Assembly: GCA_963818475.1 (NCBI GenBank)
Contig: CAWFSF010000005.1
Span: 448,001-512,000 of the forward strand
Direction of reading: 5' to 3'
DNA: 64,000 bases
DNA from: Nitrospirota bacterium
GTDB taxonomy: Bacteria; Nitrospirota; UBA9217
Made by a program: the position numbers and the translations under genes
In this document: piece by piece, positions 9,840 through 20,540 of the stretch
Layout of the letters: every line of letters begins with the position of its first letter
Numbering within the stretch: the stretch's first letter is position 1
Notes under the pieces: model-generated
Database searches by the model: none
Told to the model about the DNA's origin: nothing
What the model saw: only the letters and a program-made list of their open reading frames with translations

Positions 9840-10482
9840 ATGAGAAAACCAATTGTACTATTCTTTATTATCATGCTAGCTTTTCCCTGTCTGGTATTGG
9901 CCGAGATCGACACGGATCTACGCTTTAAATTCGGCAGTGCCACTGGATCTGACAGAATAGAATTCGAAAATGCAATTGGGCACGGTTCTGATAAGAGATG
10001 GAACCAACGCCCAGGTCGAACTTGTCCTTAGTCAGCATCGGGACGCCGCCTTCGGATTTGTTATGGCAATCGGTTTTTTTCATAGACAGCATTCGGGAGA
10101 AATTCAAGATCTATCGATTCCGATCAAGGTGGACTACTCGGTTTCCGGCATGAGTATCGCCCCGGGAGCGCGTTTGAGGATCAGCGACACATTGAACTTT
10201 GAAGTGAAGTTCGACATAGGGTTAAGCAACGCGGGTCAGGTTACGTTGAACAGCCCCGGAGTCAACTGGAATGCCACGAAAAAGGGAGACTATGGATCGG
10301 TATCGCTAATTGTCGGTGGGTACTATTTGTTTAAAAGTTCCTCTATTCGAGTCGGAGTAGAAGTCGGTATGCAGGAGTTCGAAGGCGATTTCGAAATATG
10401 GTCAAATGGCGGCAGCTGGTCTTCTGGAAATGTAACGGGAGAACGCGGAACGGCCAATATAGTATGCGGCTTTCAATTCTAA
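9840..10482 (+). CDS. Putative outer-membrane beta-barrel protein; frameshift near 9995
   Basis: Signal peptide MRKPIVLFFIIMLAFPCLVLA, amphipathic strands, C-terminal ...VCGFQF. Confidence 0.65.
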
Positions 10483-10568
10483 TCAAAATGACCTGTATGC
10501 CATGCGGTTGCAATAATCTGCCTGGTTCCTTCAGGAGAGGTGCTTTGTCGGCATAATACGACAGGAGG

Positions 10569-11051
10569 ATGAACTATATGATCGACGATGCTTGTTCCAG
10601 ACGTGAGTTCCTGAAGAAGTTTGCTTTGCTGTCCGGCGGTACACTGATGCTGAGTGCAGCGTCGATCGCCTGTTCCGGACTGCCAAAGAGCGCGCTGCCC
10701 TCGCTCATCGGCATATACTTCTACGATGGAGACATGCAGAGGGTCGATCTTCGGGGAAATCAGACTGTCCCGGTTCATACGCAGTTTGCCTTTGTTTTCT
10801 CAACGGATATGAACACGGACTTGCATCTTTTTTCTTATAGGACCGGGATAACGTTCGTGGATTCGAACAACAACCCTATCGGCTTCAAAGAAGGCTGGGT
10901 CGATGCCCGGACGCTGAACCTGACCCCGTCCGCCGATCTGTCATTCAATACGGATTACATCCTTACGGTTTATAAAGCCGAAGATTCGATAGGCAATCCG
11001 TTGAACGATTATGCGGATGCGTCCGCAGCGTTCAGGACTACGAGTATCTGA
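10569..11051 (+). CDS. Tat-signal (lipo)protein with Ig-like (Big_5-type) domain
   Basis: SRREFLK twin-arginine motif, IAC lipobox-like site, FSTDMN...LTPSADLSFNTDY...DSIGNPL...FRT. Confidence 0.75.
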   Translation: MNYMIDDACSRREFLKKFALLSGGTLMLSAASIACSGLPKSALPSLIGIYFYDGDMQRVDLRGNQTVPVHTQFAFVFSTDMNTDLHLFSYRTGITFVDSNNNPIGFKEGWVDARTLNLTPSADLSFNTDYILTVYKAEDSIGNPLNDYADASAAFRTTSI

Positions 11052-11120
11052 CGTGGAAAACCTATCACAGGCCAGAATAAACATGAGAGCCCGCTAAGGG
11101 AAAACCGCACACAGGAATCT

Positions 11121-11950
11121 ATGAGAGGAACCGGCATTGTGAAATATTTTATTGTTTTTATAGCACTTGCATCTATCCTGCCAACTCACCTCATGGCGTC
11201 CCAGGACGAGGCTGCTAGCCATGCAAATGAAAACCAAGAGATAAGGGTCGAAAGTAAGGCTGCTCTAAAAGCGATGGAAAATTTCATTATGGTTTTCAGG
11301 TAGGTAGCTCAAGCAATGGGATTAAAACAAATGATACAAAATACCTGGATGAATCGGACGAAAATAGGACGAGTAATCTGTTAAAAACCGGCCTGGAATA
11401 CGAACTAAGCAGGGCCTTTTCAACTCGAATTTCTTTAGGGTTTCAAAGTCAATCTGAAAGTGGATACACAGAACGTGATAGTACTATTACGGACGCCAGT
11501 GGTGAAACATTTACACTTGATGAGAGAAAAATTGATTATTCCAATAACGAGGCCGGAATATCTCTTTCACTCATTCACAACAAAAGACTTGGTTCCCGTT
11601 GGAATATCAGAAATATGCTCTCATTTGGTTACGCTCGCGGAGCGGAAGAATATGAAGAGTTTATAAAGACCGATAGAAAACACTGGGCGCTTTTTAGCAA
11701 CCATAACCGATATACGTTAAATTCAAAGAGAAACTATGAAAGACGCTCAGTGTCATATGGCATTGAGGCTGTCTTTAAAATATTTGTGATTTCAGTAGAG
11801 GCGAGGCATTCAGAAATGAATACGAGATCAATCAACAATAGTCTATTAATATACGGCGAAGATTTTTCTTTTGGTGATGACGCTTATGCTTTTGCGACAT
11901 ACAGAAATGAAGTACAAGATCTTATAGCCTGGATAGGAATGAGATTCTAA
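11121..11950 (+). CDS. Putative outer-membrane beta-barrel protein; frameshift near 11270
   Basis: Signal peptide in ORF 11121; continues in the shifted frame through ORF 11615..11950 to C-terminal ...AWIGMRF. Confidence 0.55.
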
Positions 11951-11963
11951 GATTTTTGCCGCC

Positions 11964-12082
11964 TGTGCAGAAACATCAAAACCCTGTTCAACTTAGAACC
12001 GCCGGTAACGGCGAAGAGATCCGTGCGGCAGCGCTGCAATTCGTGAGAAAAGTAAGCGGCTTCAACAAACCTTCGAAAACCA
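11964..12082 (+). repeat. Degenerate direct copy of the 5' part of the DUF2277-like gene
   Basis: Near-identical to 12251-12370, with no start codon and with substitutions and a small deletion. Confidence 0.9.
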
Positions 12083-12249
12083 GCTGACAGGATCGTTTTT
12101 TTCCATACCAGCGGCCCGATAAAAGTTTCACCATCAGTTATAATATAAACAGGAGACTCGCGAAAACCGAGCACCTCAATATTCCGTCCGCCCTTCTCAA
12201 GACGCTTGCTTATTTGCGTTGGATGGCCCTGAAGCAGGGAGGTAACGCT

Positions 12250-12519
12250 ATGTGCAGAAACATCAAAACCCTGTTCAACTTCGAACCGCCGGTGACGGAT
12301 GAAGAGATCCGTGCGGCAGCTCTGCAATTCGTGAGAAAAGTGAGCGGCTTCAACAAACCTTCGAAAACCAACGAAGCGGCATTCCTTGCGGCTGTTGACG
12401 AGGTGGCGGGAGTTTCCCGGAACCTGCTGAGCTCACTTGAGACGAACGCACCGCCGAGGAGCCGTGATGAAGAAGCCGCCAAGGCACGAGCACGCGCTGC
12501 TCAGCGGTTTCCCCGCTGA
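12250..12519 (+). CDS. DUF2277-family small protein
   Basis: MCRNIKTLFNFEPPVTDEEIRAAALQFVRKVSGF is the characteristic N-terminus; GGAGG RBS. Confidence 0.85.
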   Translation: MCRNIKTLFNFEPPVTDEEIRAAALQFVRKVSGFNKPSKTNEAAFLAAVDEVAGVSRNLLSSLETNAPPRSRDEEAAKARARAAQRFPR

Positions 12520-12588
12520 ACCTTTCGCCGCATCGAACAAAATCCCTCTCCTACGACTGTCACGCTCACGGTCCCCGCACTGCTCCGA

Positions 12589-12859
12589 TCAGAAGTCCAG
12601 CGGGCTCTTCATCTCTTTCATGGTCTTGCTCGGCACGTGTGGGTATAGATCATCGTTGTTCGCACATCTGCATGCCGCCGCATCTTCTCAATAAACAAGC
12701 GTACTTGTTCTGACTTTGCATCCGGCGGCGGATACTTGACCCGAAAATCAAGGTAATAGCGAAGCCATTTCCGGTAGTCATCCCTCAATGTCGCCGATAC
12801 AGCCTTCTGTTCTAAAACCGCATTAAATTGCACAAGAATGCCTTCGGGATAGGCTGCAC
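12589..12859 (-). pseudogene. intI: Integron integrase with large internal deletion (N-terminus fused to extreme C-terminus)
   Basis: YRKWLRYYLDF...FIEKMR joined directly to HADVRTTMIYTH and (shifted) VPSKTMKEMKSPLDF*; GGAGG RBS before GTG at 12859. Confidence 0.75.
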
Positions 12860-13284
12860 GGTCTCCTCCTGGAATTAGCTAATACCGTATTTGCATATTA
12901 GTTCGAATCCTGGGAACATACCATTATATGCATATTAGCCTTTTGCTCGAAGCTTAATTAAATCAGCAAGATACGTCAAGTTTTTTCTTAAATTCATTGA
13001 CTCATAAAACGGTTCTATGCTACTGTATCCCGAAGAACTAAGAACTTGTTGAACCTGTAGAAAAACCCCTGAAAGGACGCATTTTAGGCCCTTGAGGGTA
13101 GCATTGCAATTCGACAGATGATAGTAAGAATGGCGATAGCGATGATCCTCAGCCCGAATGAAGGGCTTTCCCTCACTGATCGATCATCGCAAGACATCGT
13201 TGAAGTTTAATCGTGTTAAACGAAGCCTGGTGCATTGGCGTTTGAAAAGGTACTTTTCCTACAGACTCGTTAGCTCCATCACAA

Positions 13285-13677
13285 ATGAAAAAGACACTAA
13301 AAATATTTGCGTTAATTGGAGCAGTAAGCGCTGCCATAGTGATCGGCTGGTATAGTTTTCTATTTATAGACTACTTTGCCAGCTCCCCCTTTGACGATCG
13401 TCCCTTTGGCAGAGAACTGTGGATTAAGAACTACAATAACCCGGACCCGAACAATCCTCGCGCAGAAATGATTACCGATTTAACGAAGAACTATTTAAAA
13501 ACCAATATGACGCGAAAACAAGTCATAAACTTACTCGGCAAGCCCGACAGGCGAGACGAAAAGCGTTTTATAAGTTACCTCATCGGAATGCAAGGTTTTG
13601 CAAGTGACCCTGGTCAGCTAGAACTTGAATTCAATGATGAAAAGAAATTAGTCGGATATCATCTGGTCGAGAGGTGA
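13285..13677 (+). CDS. Integron gene cassette: membrane-anchored SmpA/OmlA(BamE)-like protein
   Basis: N-terminal TM; NMTRKQVINLLGKPD motif; preceded by core site GTTAGCT (13269) and followed by attC. Confidence 0.7.
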   Translation: MKKTLKIFALIGAVSAAIVIGWYSFLFIDYFASSPFDDRPFGRELWIKNYNNPDPNNPRAEMITDLTKNYLKTNMTRKQVINLLGKPDRRDEKRFISYLIGMQGFASDPGQLELEFNDEKKLVGYHLVER

Positions 13678-13678
13678 C

Positions 13679-13728
13679 AGCTAACGAGTCGTTCGAGCCG
13701 CCTCTGGCGGCTCAACTCATTGTTAATT
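13679..13728 (+). mobile_element. attC recombination site
   Basis: Inverse core AGCTAAC (complement of the upstream GTTAGCT), internal GAGCCGCC-tct-GGCGGCTC palindrome, core GTTAATT; immediately after a stop codon. Confidence 0.8.
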
Positions 13729-13745
13729 TTGAAAAGGAGAGGTCG

Positions 13746-14048
13746 ATGGTCAGAGTTATACAGCTTTTCTCCTAGTATGCTGGTGAGGCAGATGCTTTGA
13801 CAAAAGATTATTTAATAAATAACGAGTGGGGTCCAAATTTTGGTAAATTAGAACTCTATTTCAAGTTCGCAAAAGATAACACATTCAAAACAGAGACGAA
13901 CTTCGAAGGTGGGGCCGGGTACAGTGGAACATATAAAATTGCTAACCAAAAACTCGTTCTGAAAATTATCTCGGCCGGGGAAGGGCGGGAATTTATCGGC
14001 AAGGAGTTAATTTACGCATTGCTTACTGCGTTAATCATTCCTTTTTAG
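13746..14048 (+). pseudogene. Second cassette ORF, interrupted or truncated hypothetical protein
   Basis: AGGAG RBS and ATG right after attC, early stop, protein-like frame 13797..14048; no following attC seen. Confidence 0.45.
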
Positions 14049-14228
14049 TGAAAGGTTCTCGACAAATTGCTGCATGATTGTAACTGATTTACTGTTCGCC
14101 GTCACCTGTCAACAGTGATCAAACTAAAAGATTGCGTTACTATCCTGACGCCTCTTAGAGTCCGCTTTACTTTTTATGGGGATACACGAAAGGCATCGTT
14201 GCATCCGTTGCGTAGAAACCTCTGCTTG

Positions 14229-15416
14229 CTAACGCACCCTCACCCTATTGATCAAATCGACCTTCTCAATGACCTGCTCCTTGCCTTGCCGGTCCATCCG
14301 GATCAGGTACTTCCCGTTGGAGTATACGATCTCGCCCTTCTCTGACAGATCGAAGTCGATCACACCTTTCTTGATGCACGTAAGCCTGCCATCCTGCTCC
14401 CGTCTCGTCAGCTCCCAGCTCCGGGGCGCGATGCCCGGGAATGCGTCGCCCTTCGCGCGGTTCTCCTTCAGCGCCTGCTCCGCATTGATCGTGTTGCCGT
14501 TCAGGAAGATCTCCTTGAGGTCCTTTTCCTTGGATTGCGTGGGGTTAGGCCCCGCAGAGGAAAGCGGTTCGCCAGTGTAGCGCATGCTGAAGAACTGGAG
14601 AAAGGAATAAAATGCCTTGCCCAGGCGCCAGGGGATGAGCAGGAAATCCTTGAAGGTCATCGACTGGTGTCCATTTTTTTTGTATGGCCGCTTGATGAAG
14701 AAGAGCCTGTCTTCCTGGTCCACCCGCGGCAGGAAGCAATCGTGTTTGGGTACGGATATCAGTTCGCTGATCGTTCCCGAGTCGAGATCCAGCCTGTTGA
14801 TCGCCCGCTCACCGACCGCGAAATACCGCCCTGCTCCGTCCTTCCCGACGCCGGCCGAGTCGTAATAGACCGAACGGACCGCTTGTTTGCCCCAGACAGG
14901 GTTCTCGTCAACACACTCTCCCTCGGTCACTTTCCGATAGCGTGAGCTTTTCGGCTCGAACAGCGCAAGGTGCCGTTCCCAGGCGGAATCCTGTATTGAC
15001 GCAATGATCTCATCGGTCCCTTGGTGATAGTCGATGTTCAGGAATGCGGTCTTGTTGTCATGGATGATGTGCCCTTCGGTTTCCGTATCATCCTTCGGGT
15101 TCTTCAAAAAGATGCCTGAATAGCTTTCCACGGACAAGGAGTAAACGATCTTGTTGTCCCGGGCAAAAGCGAGGCCGTTCACCACGGCCCTGGCGTCGAT
15201 CTCTTCGGGTCCCGGGCCATGCTGCGGCTGGACTTGGCGGAAGGCCGCGCCCATACCCTCGGTTTTCCAGGCGTTCTTCCTCTCGATCGTCTCGCGGTTT
15301 CTCTTGTACCTTTCCAGGTAATGGCAGGTTGCAAAAACAGCGGAGTTCCCTTCGCTGCAGCCCAGTCTGTTCCTCGCGCTGAATATGATCCGGTCATTCA
15401 TCGGCATCCGTTCCAT
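14229..15416 (-). CDS. Hypothetical protein, probably TolB-like beta-propeller
   Basis: 395-aa ORF with VTEGECVDENPVW and other PD40-like strands. Confidence 0.6.
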   Translation of the reverse strand: MERMPMNDRIIFSARNRLGCSEGNSAVFATCHYLERYKRNRETIERKNAWKTEGMGAAFRQVQPQHGPGPEEIDARAVVNGLAFARDNKIVYSLSVESYSGIFLKNPKDDTETEGHIIHDNKTAFLNIDYHQGTDEIIASIQDSAWERHLALFEPKSSRYRKVTEGECVDENPVWGKQAVRSVYYDSAGVGKDGAGRYFAVGERAINRLDLDSGTISELISVPKHDCFLPRVDQEDRLFFIKRPYKKNGHQSMTFKDFLLIPWRLGKAFYSFLQFFSMRYTGEPLSSAGPNPTQSKEKDLKEIFLNGNTINAEQALKENRAKGDAFPGIAPRSWELTRREQDGRLTCIKKGVIDFDLSEKGEIVYSNGKYLIRMDRQGKEQVIEKVDLINRVRVR

Positions 15417-15706
15417 TCTCGTTCATCGTCCTTTAAGCAGGTTTATGGAAACCCGGTCGGTTGGGATCAAATCTTTACAATCAACATCCGCCCAGCAGTC
15501 GCAAAATATACAGATTCGTTCTTAACTAAGGTTACCTTAATGAGCGAATCTATTAATGGTAGGACACGTTCTAAATGCAAAACTTGGAATGGGAATTGAT
15601 GTTATCTCGGAGGGGCAGGTTAATTATATGGATATGCAACCTATTGTCAAGGACGATGATGGGGTAATTTAAGGGTAACGGAAGAGATTTACACCTATTG
15701 ATTACT

Positions 15707-17104
15707 TGACAAGTTTCAGGACATCGGTTACCCGGATATGTCAAGACATCGGTTACCCGAAATCCATTTAAATTAGGATGTCAGTTTCCTTAATGCTGTT
15801 TGATGCTATCATGCTCTCCTAATCTGAATCAAGAAGGAGAGCCTCTATGGAAGAAGAACTCAGACAGGCAGCTATTAGCCGACACATCCAGGGAGGCGAA
15901 TCGCCAAAGGATGTTTATACCAGCCTGAACCGATCCAAAAAGTGGTTCTTCAAATGGCTGATACGATATCGAACCGGCGGACCCGACTGGTACAAAGAGC
16001 AATCTCGCGCTCCCAAAACAAAGCCCTCAGAAATCGACGAGAAGTCGAAAGAGCGTATTCTTTCGACCAGACAAAACTTGGTGGATGCCCCTTATGCCCA
16101 AATTGGAGTTTCCTCCATAAAATGGGAGCTTAAGAAGCAAGGGTTGCCGTTTCCCTCGGACAGCACGATAAACCGGGTGTTGAAACGCGAAGGGCTCGTT
16201 AAAAAAAACAGCTTATGCGCCCAAAGGGGTCGAATACCCGTACTTCACCGAAGCCTTGGGATGCAACAACATCCACCAGATGGACCTGGTGGGGCCGCGC
16301 TACATTAAAGATGACGGCAGATTCTATGCGCTGAATGTCATTGATCTGTTCAGCCATGAAGTCTACACCGAGGCTCAAAGAACGAAACAGGATTCCCACG
16401 TCTGCCAAGGCCTTTTGCGCTGTTGGAAGACCGTGGGCATCCCTGATTACCTGCAGATGGACAACGCGCTGAACTTCCGGGGCAGCAACCGGCATCCCAG
16501 GTCCATGGGGATGGTCATACGGCTTTGTCTGAGTTACGGTGTCCATCCGGTATTCATCCCGATCGGAGAACCATGGCGTAACGGCGTTGTGGAACGTTTC
16601 AATGACACCTACGACAAACGGTTCTTTCGTCGGCAATGGTTCTCAAGCTATGCTGTGCTGAAACAGCAGAACAAGAATTTTCAACGGTTTTCACAACAAG
16701 CATCACCGATACAGCTGCCTCAAAGGGAAAACGGCTCATGAAATGAAACTGGCCCACGGCTTTGCGCCAATAACCGTGAGGTCGAATAGCAAGATGCCGG
16801 ATCTTAGCTTCATCCCGGATGGAAATGTATCTCTCGTACGGTTCATCCGGAGCAATCGGCAGCTTGATATCTTTGGAGAACGTTTCGAGGTATCAAGAGA
16901 CCTCATATACTCTTATGTCAGGGCACAGATTGTAACGAATCTACATGCTGTGCAGCTCTATCTAGGAAATGACATCGTCGATACTTTTGAGTACCTAATG
17001 CCGGACGATTTACTACCAGTTGAGCAAACTATCAGACTCGGGTAACCGATGTCTTGATATATGGGACCATTAGAATCGGGTAACCGATGTCCTGACATTT
17101 GACA
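15707..17104 (+). mobile_element. IS481-like insertion sequence, 1398 bp, with 6-bp target duplication
   Basis: Imperfect terminal inverted repeats, each with two copies of GACATCGGTTACCCG; direct repeat ATTACT at 15701-15706 and 17105-17110. Confidence 0.9.
15847..17045 (+). CDS. DDE transposase (HTH plus rve integrase core) spread over three frames
   Basis: KWFFKWLIRY, PSDSTINRVLKR; HQMD, LQMDN, PWRNGVVERFN; shifts at the A8 run (16201-16208) and near 16690. Confidence 0.85.
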
Positions 17105-17131
17105 ATTACTGGCAGTAGTGCACGTCAATAA

Positions 17132-18132
17132 TCACCACCCAAGCGTAAGCGCGGAGAACTTCATCCGGTACAGCACGATCAGCGTGAACAGGAGATAGAG
17201 GATGACCGTTGCCAAGGTGAGCGTGCGCTGGAGCTGCGGGATGACGCGCACCATGCTGCCGCGGTTCCTCCAGGGCATCAGCACGCCGGTCCCAAGGCCG
17301 GTGACGGCACCGCCGAGCAGGGTGGCGTACAGCGCATACCCGATATAGCCGTACTCTTTCTGAAGACAACAGAAGGGGCAGTGGTGGGTGGGAAGTTCGT
17401 AGATGTAGAGGCTGATGAACGAGATGAGCGACGCAACGCCGATGAGGAAGGCGATCAGGCTTGCTACGGAGAAAGAGCCAGCCGCCCCTTCCTTTCCGGT
17501 AGAACACGATGGCCGCTCGCAAAGGTTGCTGCCATGGCAGCAAAAAAGGCGATCGCCATGGGGCGTGCCGGGAGTGCGGCAATGTCTCCGCTGATGTTCC
17601 GCGTGTCCTGGCTGAACAGGGCGCCGCAGCAGGAGGTGATGATGTCGGCATGGAGACCGCTGAAATACTGGTACTGTTCGTAGGCTTCGAACAGCACCAG
17701 CGGTGCGATCAAAAGAAGCAGAGCGTATTTTGCCCGGATGAGCGGGTAATCGTAGCCCCGGGTGTCGGCGTAGTTCACGATGAGCCAGGTCCCTGCCAAA
17801 AGGAAGTTCACGATCTTGAGCAGCAGCACGGGATAGCCGTATTCGTTCACGTTCAGCGTTCCTGCTGCGCACATGGCGCCAACGAACAGGCCGTGCAGGT
17901 TGTCAGCTGTGTAGATGTACAGGAAGAGCGACAGGATCTGGAACACGAAGGTGTAGGACAGGATGGTCGAGACGAGATAGGTCTGGCGCTCAAGGCCCAG
18001 CTGGAGCTCGCTGCCGCTTTTGATGTTCCAGAAGAACAGGATCCGCACACCCACAGCGCCTGCCAAAAGCACCATGATGCCGGCAAGGAGCGACATGGTC
18101 ATGAGCGAAAGGACTGCGGGATGAAGGATCAT
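17132..18132 (-). CDS. Conserved polytopic membrane protein with AMCAAG, SCC and HHCPFC motifs; frameshift near 17500
   Basis: ORFs 17464..18132 and 17132..17872 join into one hydrophobic protein; ATGA overlap with the ABC ATPase. Confidence 0.75.
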
Positions 18133-18860
18133 GGCTTTGGCCCGGAGGAAGTGATCACGCCGTCGCGCATCTCAACGACCCGGTCTGCCAGGGGGGAATC
18201 GAATACGATAGGATCGTGGCTCGCGATCAGGATGGTCTTGCCTGCTTTTTTAAGCGTGCCCACGATCGTCATGAACTCCCGGGAGAGCGCGGTATCCAGA
18301 TGGGCTGTGGGCTCGTCGGCAATGATGACCGCGGGATCGTTGATGAGCGCTCGGGCAATGGCAACGCGCTGCAGCTCGCCGCCCGAAAGCCATTCAACAG
18401 GAGATGCTGCATGGCGCGCGATGGAGAACTGCTCCAAAAGCTCCCCTGCGCGCTTTGCGAATTCGCGATGGTCCTCGCCTGTCGGGTAGGCCGGCAGCAT
18501 GACGTTCTCGAGCACCGAGATACCTTTCAAGAGATTGAACTGCTGGAACACGAAGCCGAAGGTCCTGCGCCGGATGTCGTTCAAAAACCGCTCAGGCAGG
18601 CTCGTGATCTCGACACCTGCGGGCTCTTCCGAAGCCATCCATGCGGCCCGCATCCCCGTGAGCACGATCCTGCCCGACGTGGGGCGCGCCATGCAGCCGA
18701 TGAGCGTCATGAGCGTGGTCTTGCCTGAGCCGCTCGGGCCTTTCAGGATCGTGACCTTGGCCGGTTCGATGTCGAGGCTCACGTCATTGACCGCGACGAA
18801 CTGGCTCGCCTTGCCCACATGGAAGCTCTTGGTTATGTTCGTAAGCGAGATCATGTTCAT
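18129..18860 (-). CDS. ABC transporter ATP-binding protein (LolD/MacB type)
   Basis: GPSGSGKTT, FGFVFQQFNL, LSGGELQRVAIARAL, ADEPTAHLD, SHD. Confidence 0.95.
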   Translation of the reverse strand: MNMISLTNITKSFHVGKASQFVAVNDVSLDIEPAKVTILKGPSGSGKTTLMTLIGCMARPTSGRIVLTGMRAAWMASEEPAGVEITSLPERFLNDIRRRTFGFVFQQFNLLKGISVLENVMLPAYPTGEDHREFAKRAGELLEQFSIARHAASPVEWLSGGELQRVAIARALINDPAVIIADEPTAHLDTALSREFMTIVGTLKKAGKTILIASHDPIVFDSPLADRVVEMRDGVITSSGPKP

Positions 18861-19993
18861 GTTACGACCTCATGGCGGCATCGGGATCGATGGTGGCCGC
18901 GCGCCAGCAGGGTATGATCGTAGCGAAAGTATAAGGCGCCACGGTCAGGAAAAAGAGCACGCCGAGCTGATAGGCGTCCACTGCCGGCACCAGCGTGAAC
19001 TGCGGGTAGAGCACGGACCAGCCTTTGAGCACGGGCTGGAACAGCGGGGCTGAGAAGAAATAGACATGGACAGTAGGCCGCGATGACGCCGAAGAAAAAG
19101 GCAGAGAGCGAGATGACCGCCCCTTCCCAGAACTTGAGCAACAGCACGTCCGACGTTTCCCAGCCGATCGATTTCAGGATGCCGATCTCCTTGCGCTCTT
19201 CAGCGGAGAGGCCCGTTGCCCGGTCCCAGGCGAAGATGATGAACGAAAGCACCGCCGCGATCATCATGACGAGCATCATGCCGCCGCGCCAGTCGAAGAT
19301 GGAATCGTAGGTCCTGAGCATCTCGCTCTTAAGGATGGGCCGCGCGTCCGGGAAGCGGTCCACGATCTTCTCCGCCAGAGTGGAGAGCTCACGTGAGTTC
19401 GCGACCGTCAATGCCAGGTCCGTTGCATGGCCCTGCGGGAACTTGAAGAGCTTCCGGAAGTCGCGCTCCGACATGATCACGAGATCTGCTGCTGCAAGCT
19501 CTGATTCGTAGGGCAGGACCTCTTTGATCTCAAGCTGCAGCAGGACTGGTTATCGTAGCTCTGGAGTATGATGACGTCCCCCACGGTCCGCGCGGCGCAG
19601 GCGTGAAACGCCGCTGCCGATCGTGATGGTCCCGGGAGCCATATCAGCGGTCATGACGGTCAGGTTCCCGCCGGACGGCGCATCGTAGTAATAGCCCCAG
19701 AGCCGCGGCGTAACCGTGCGCACACCGCGGAGAGCCGCGATCTCCTTTGCATAGGCCAGCGGCACCAGGTCCTGCCTGCCTGCCACCATCCGCTGGACCA
19801 CCATGTCGGGCGCGTCCTTCAGGATCAGCGTTGCTTCTCGTTTCATGGCGGACAGAAAGAACAGGAGCGAGGCGATGGCGAACACGATCAGCGTGTAGAT
19901 CGCGAGCAGGGAAAGGTTCTTGGTCTTCCGGCGCAGGAGCGACGAAAGCGAGAACTCGAGGATGTTCTTGTGGCGTTCGATCGATCTATTCAT
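18857..19993 (-). CDS. FtsX/MacB-like ABC permease; frameshifts
   Basis: N-terminal TM plus periplasmic domain (ORF 19550..19993); EERKEIGILKSIGW motif (ORF 18857..19480). Confidence 0.85.
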
Positions 19994-20303
19994 GGCGCCC
20001 TCCCAAGCGGACGCGGGGCAGGCACGAGCGATCCTGACGGGAAATGCTCCAGCGCTATCGGATGGTCCTGGAACGCGGCATGGACGTCGCCCAGGCAGGG
20101 TGGCGCGTATACCGCGCCTCGGTAAAGAGGCAGAGGTCCGTGAGCTGCAGCTCCTGTGCTATGCTGCTGCTCGATGCAAGCAGCTGGTCAGCCCGGCCTT
20201 GAGCAGACCGCGCATGCAGCATGAGCAGGGAAAAGGCCATGACATTGACGATCGTCAGGACGAGGAAGACAGTGGATTTGCGTATGCAGGTGGTCTTGAT
20301 CAA
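19990..20303 (-). CDS. Small membrane-anchored conserved protein; frameshift
   Basis: TM, then TDLCLFTEARYTRHP, then (shifted) FQDHPIALEHFPSGS; ATGA overlap with the permease. Confidence 0.65.
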
Positions 20304-20325
20304 GATTCCATCCTTAAGGACTTTT

Positions 20326-20522
20326 CACCACTGAGTCACAGAGGCACGGAGAAAAGCGTGTCGTTAAATCTATTTTTGCCACATAAGTCACAAAAGACAC
20401 AGAAAATAATTTTTTATCTCTACGTTTTTACTTATGTGCCGGCAAATCACGACTTTGTACTAATTCATCAATCTTGTTTCTTTAAGCTTGTCCTTCTCCG
20501 TGTCTCCGTGACTCCGTGGTGG
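20326..20522. repeat. 9-mer palindromic element with a second element nested inside
   Basis: CACCACTGAGTCACAGAGGCACGGAG / CTCCGTGTCTCCGTGACTCCGTGGTG; inner CACATAAGT / ACTTATGTG. Confidence 0.85.
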
Positions 20523-20540
20523 ACAATGACTTTTAGTTGC

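Noticed and set aside
9550-11960. attC sites between the barrel and lipoprotein genes
   Set aside because: No inverse-core/core pair with an internal palindrome found after their stop codons
15555-15567. TAATGGTAGGACA match to the tRNA-Gln D-arm as a possible att remnant
   Set aside because: Only 13 nt, not the tRNA 3' end, no cloverleaf; compatible with chance
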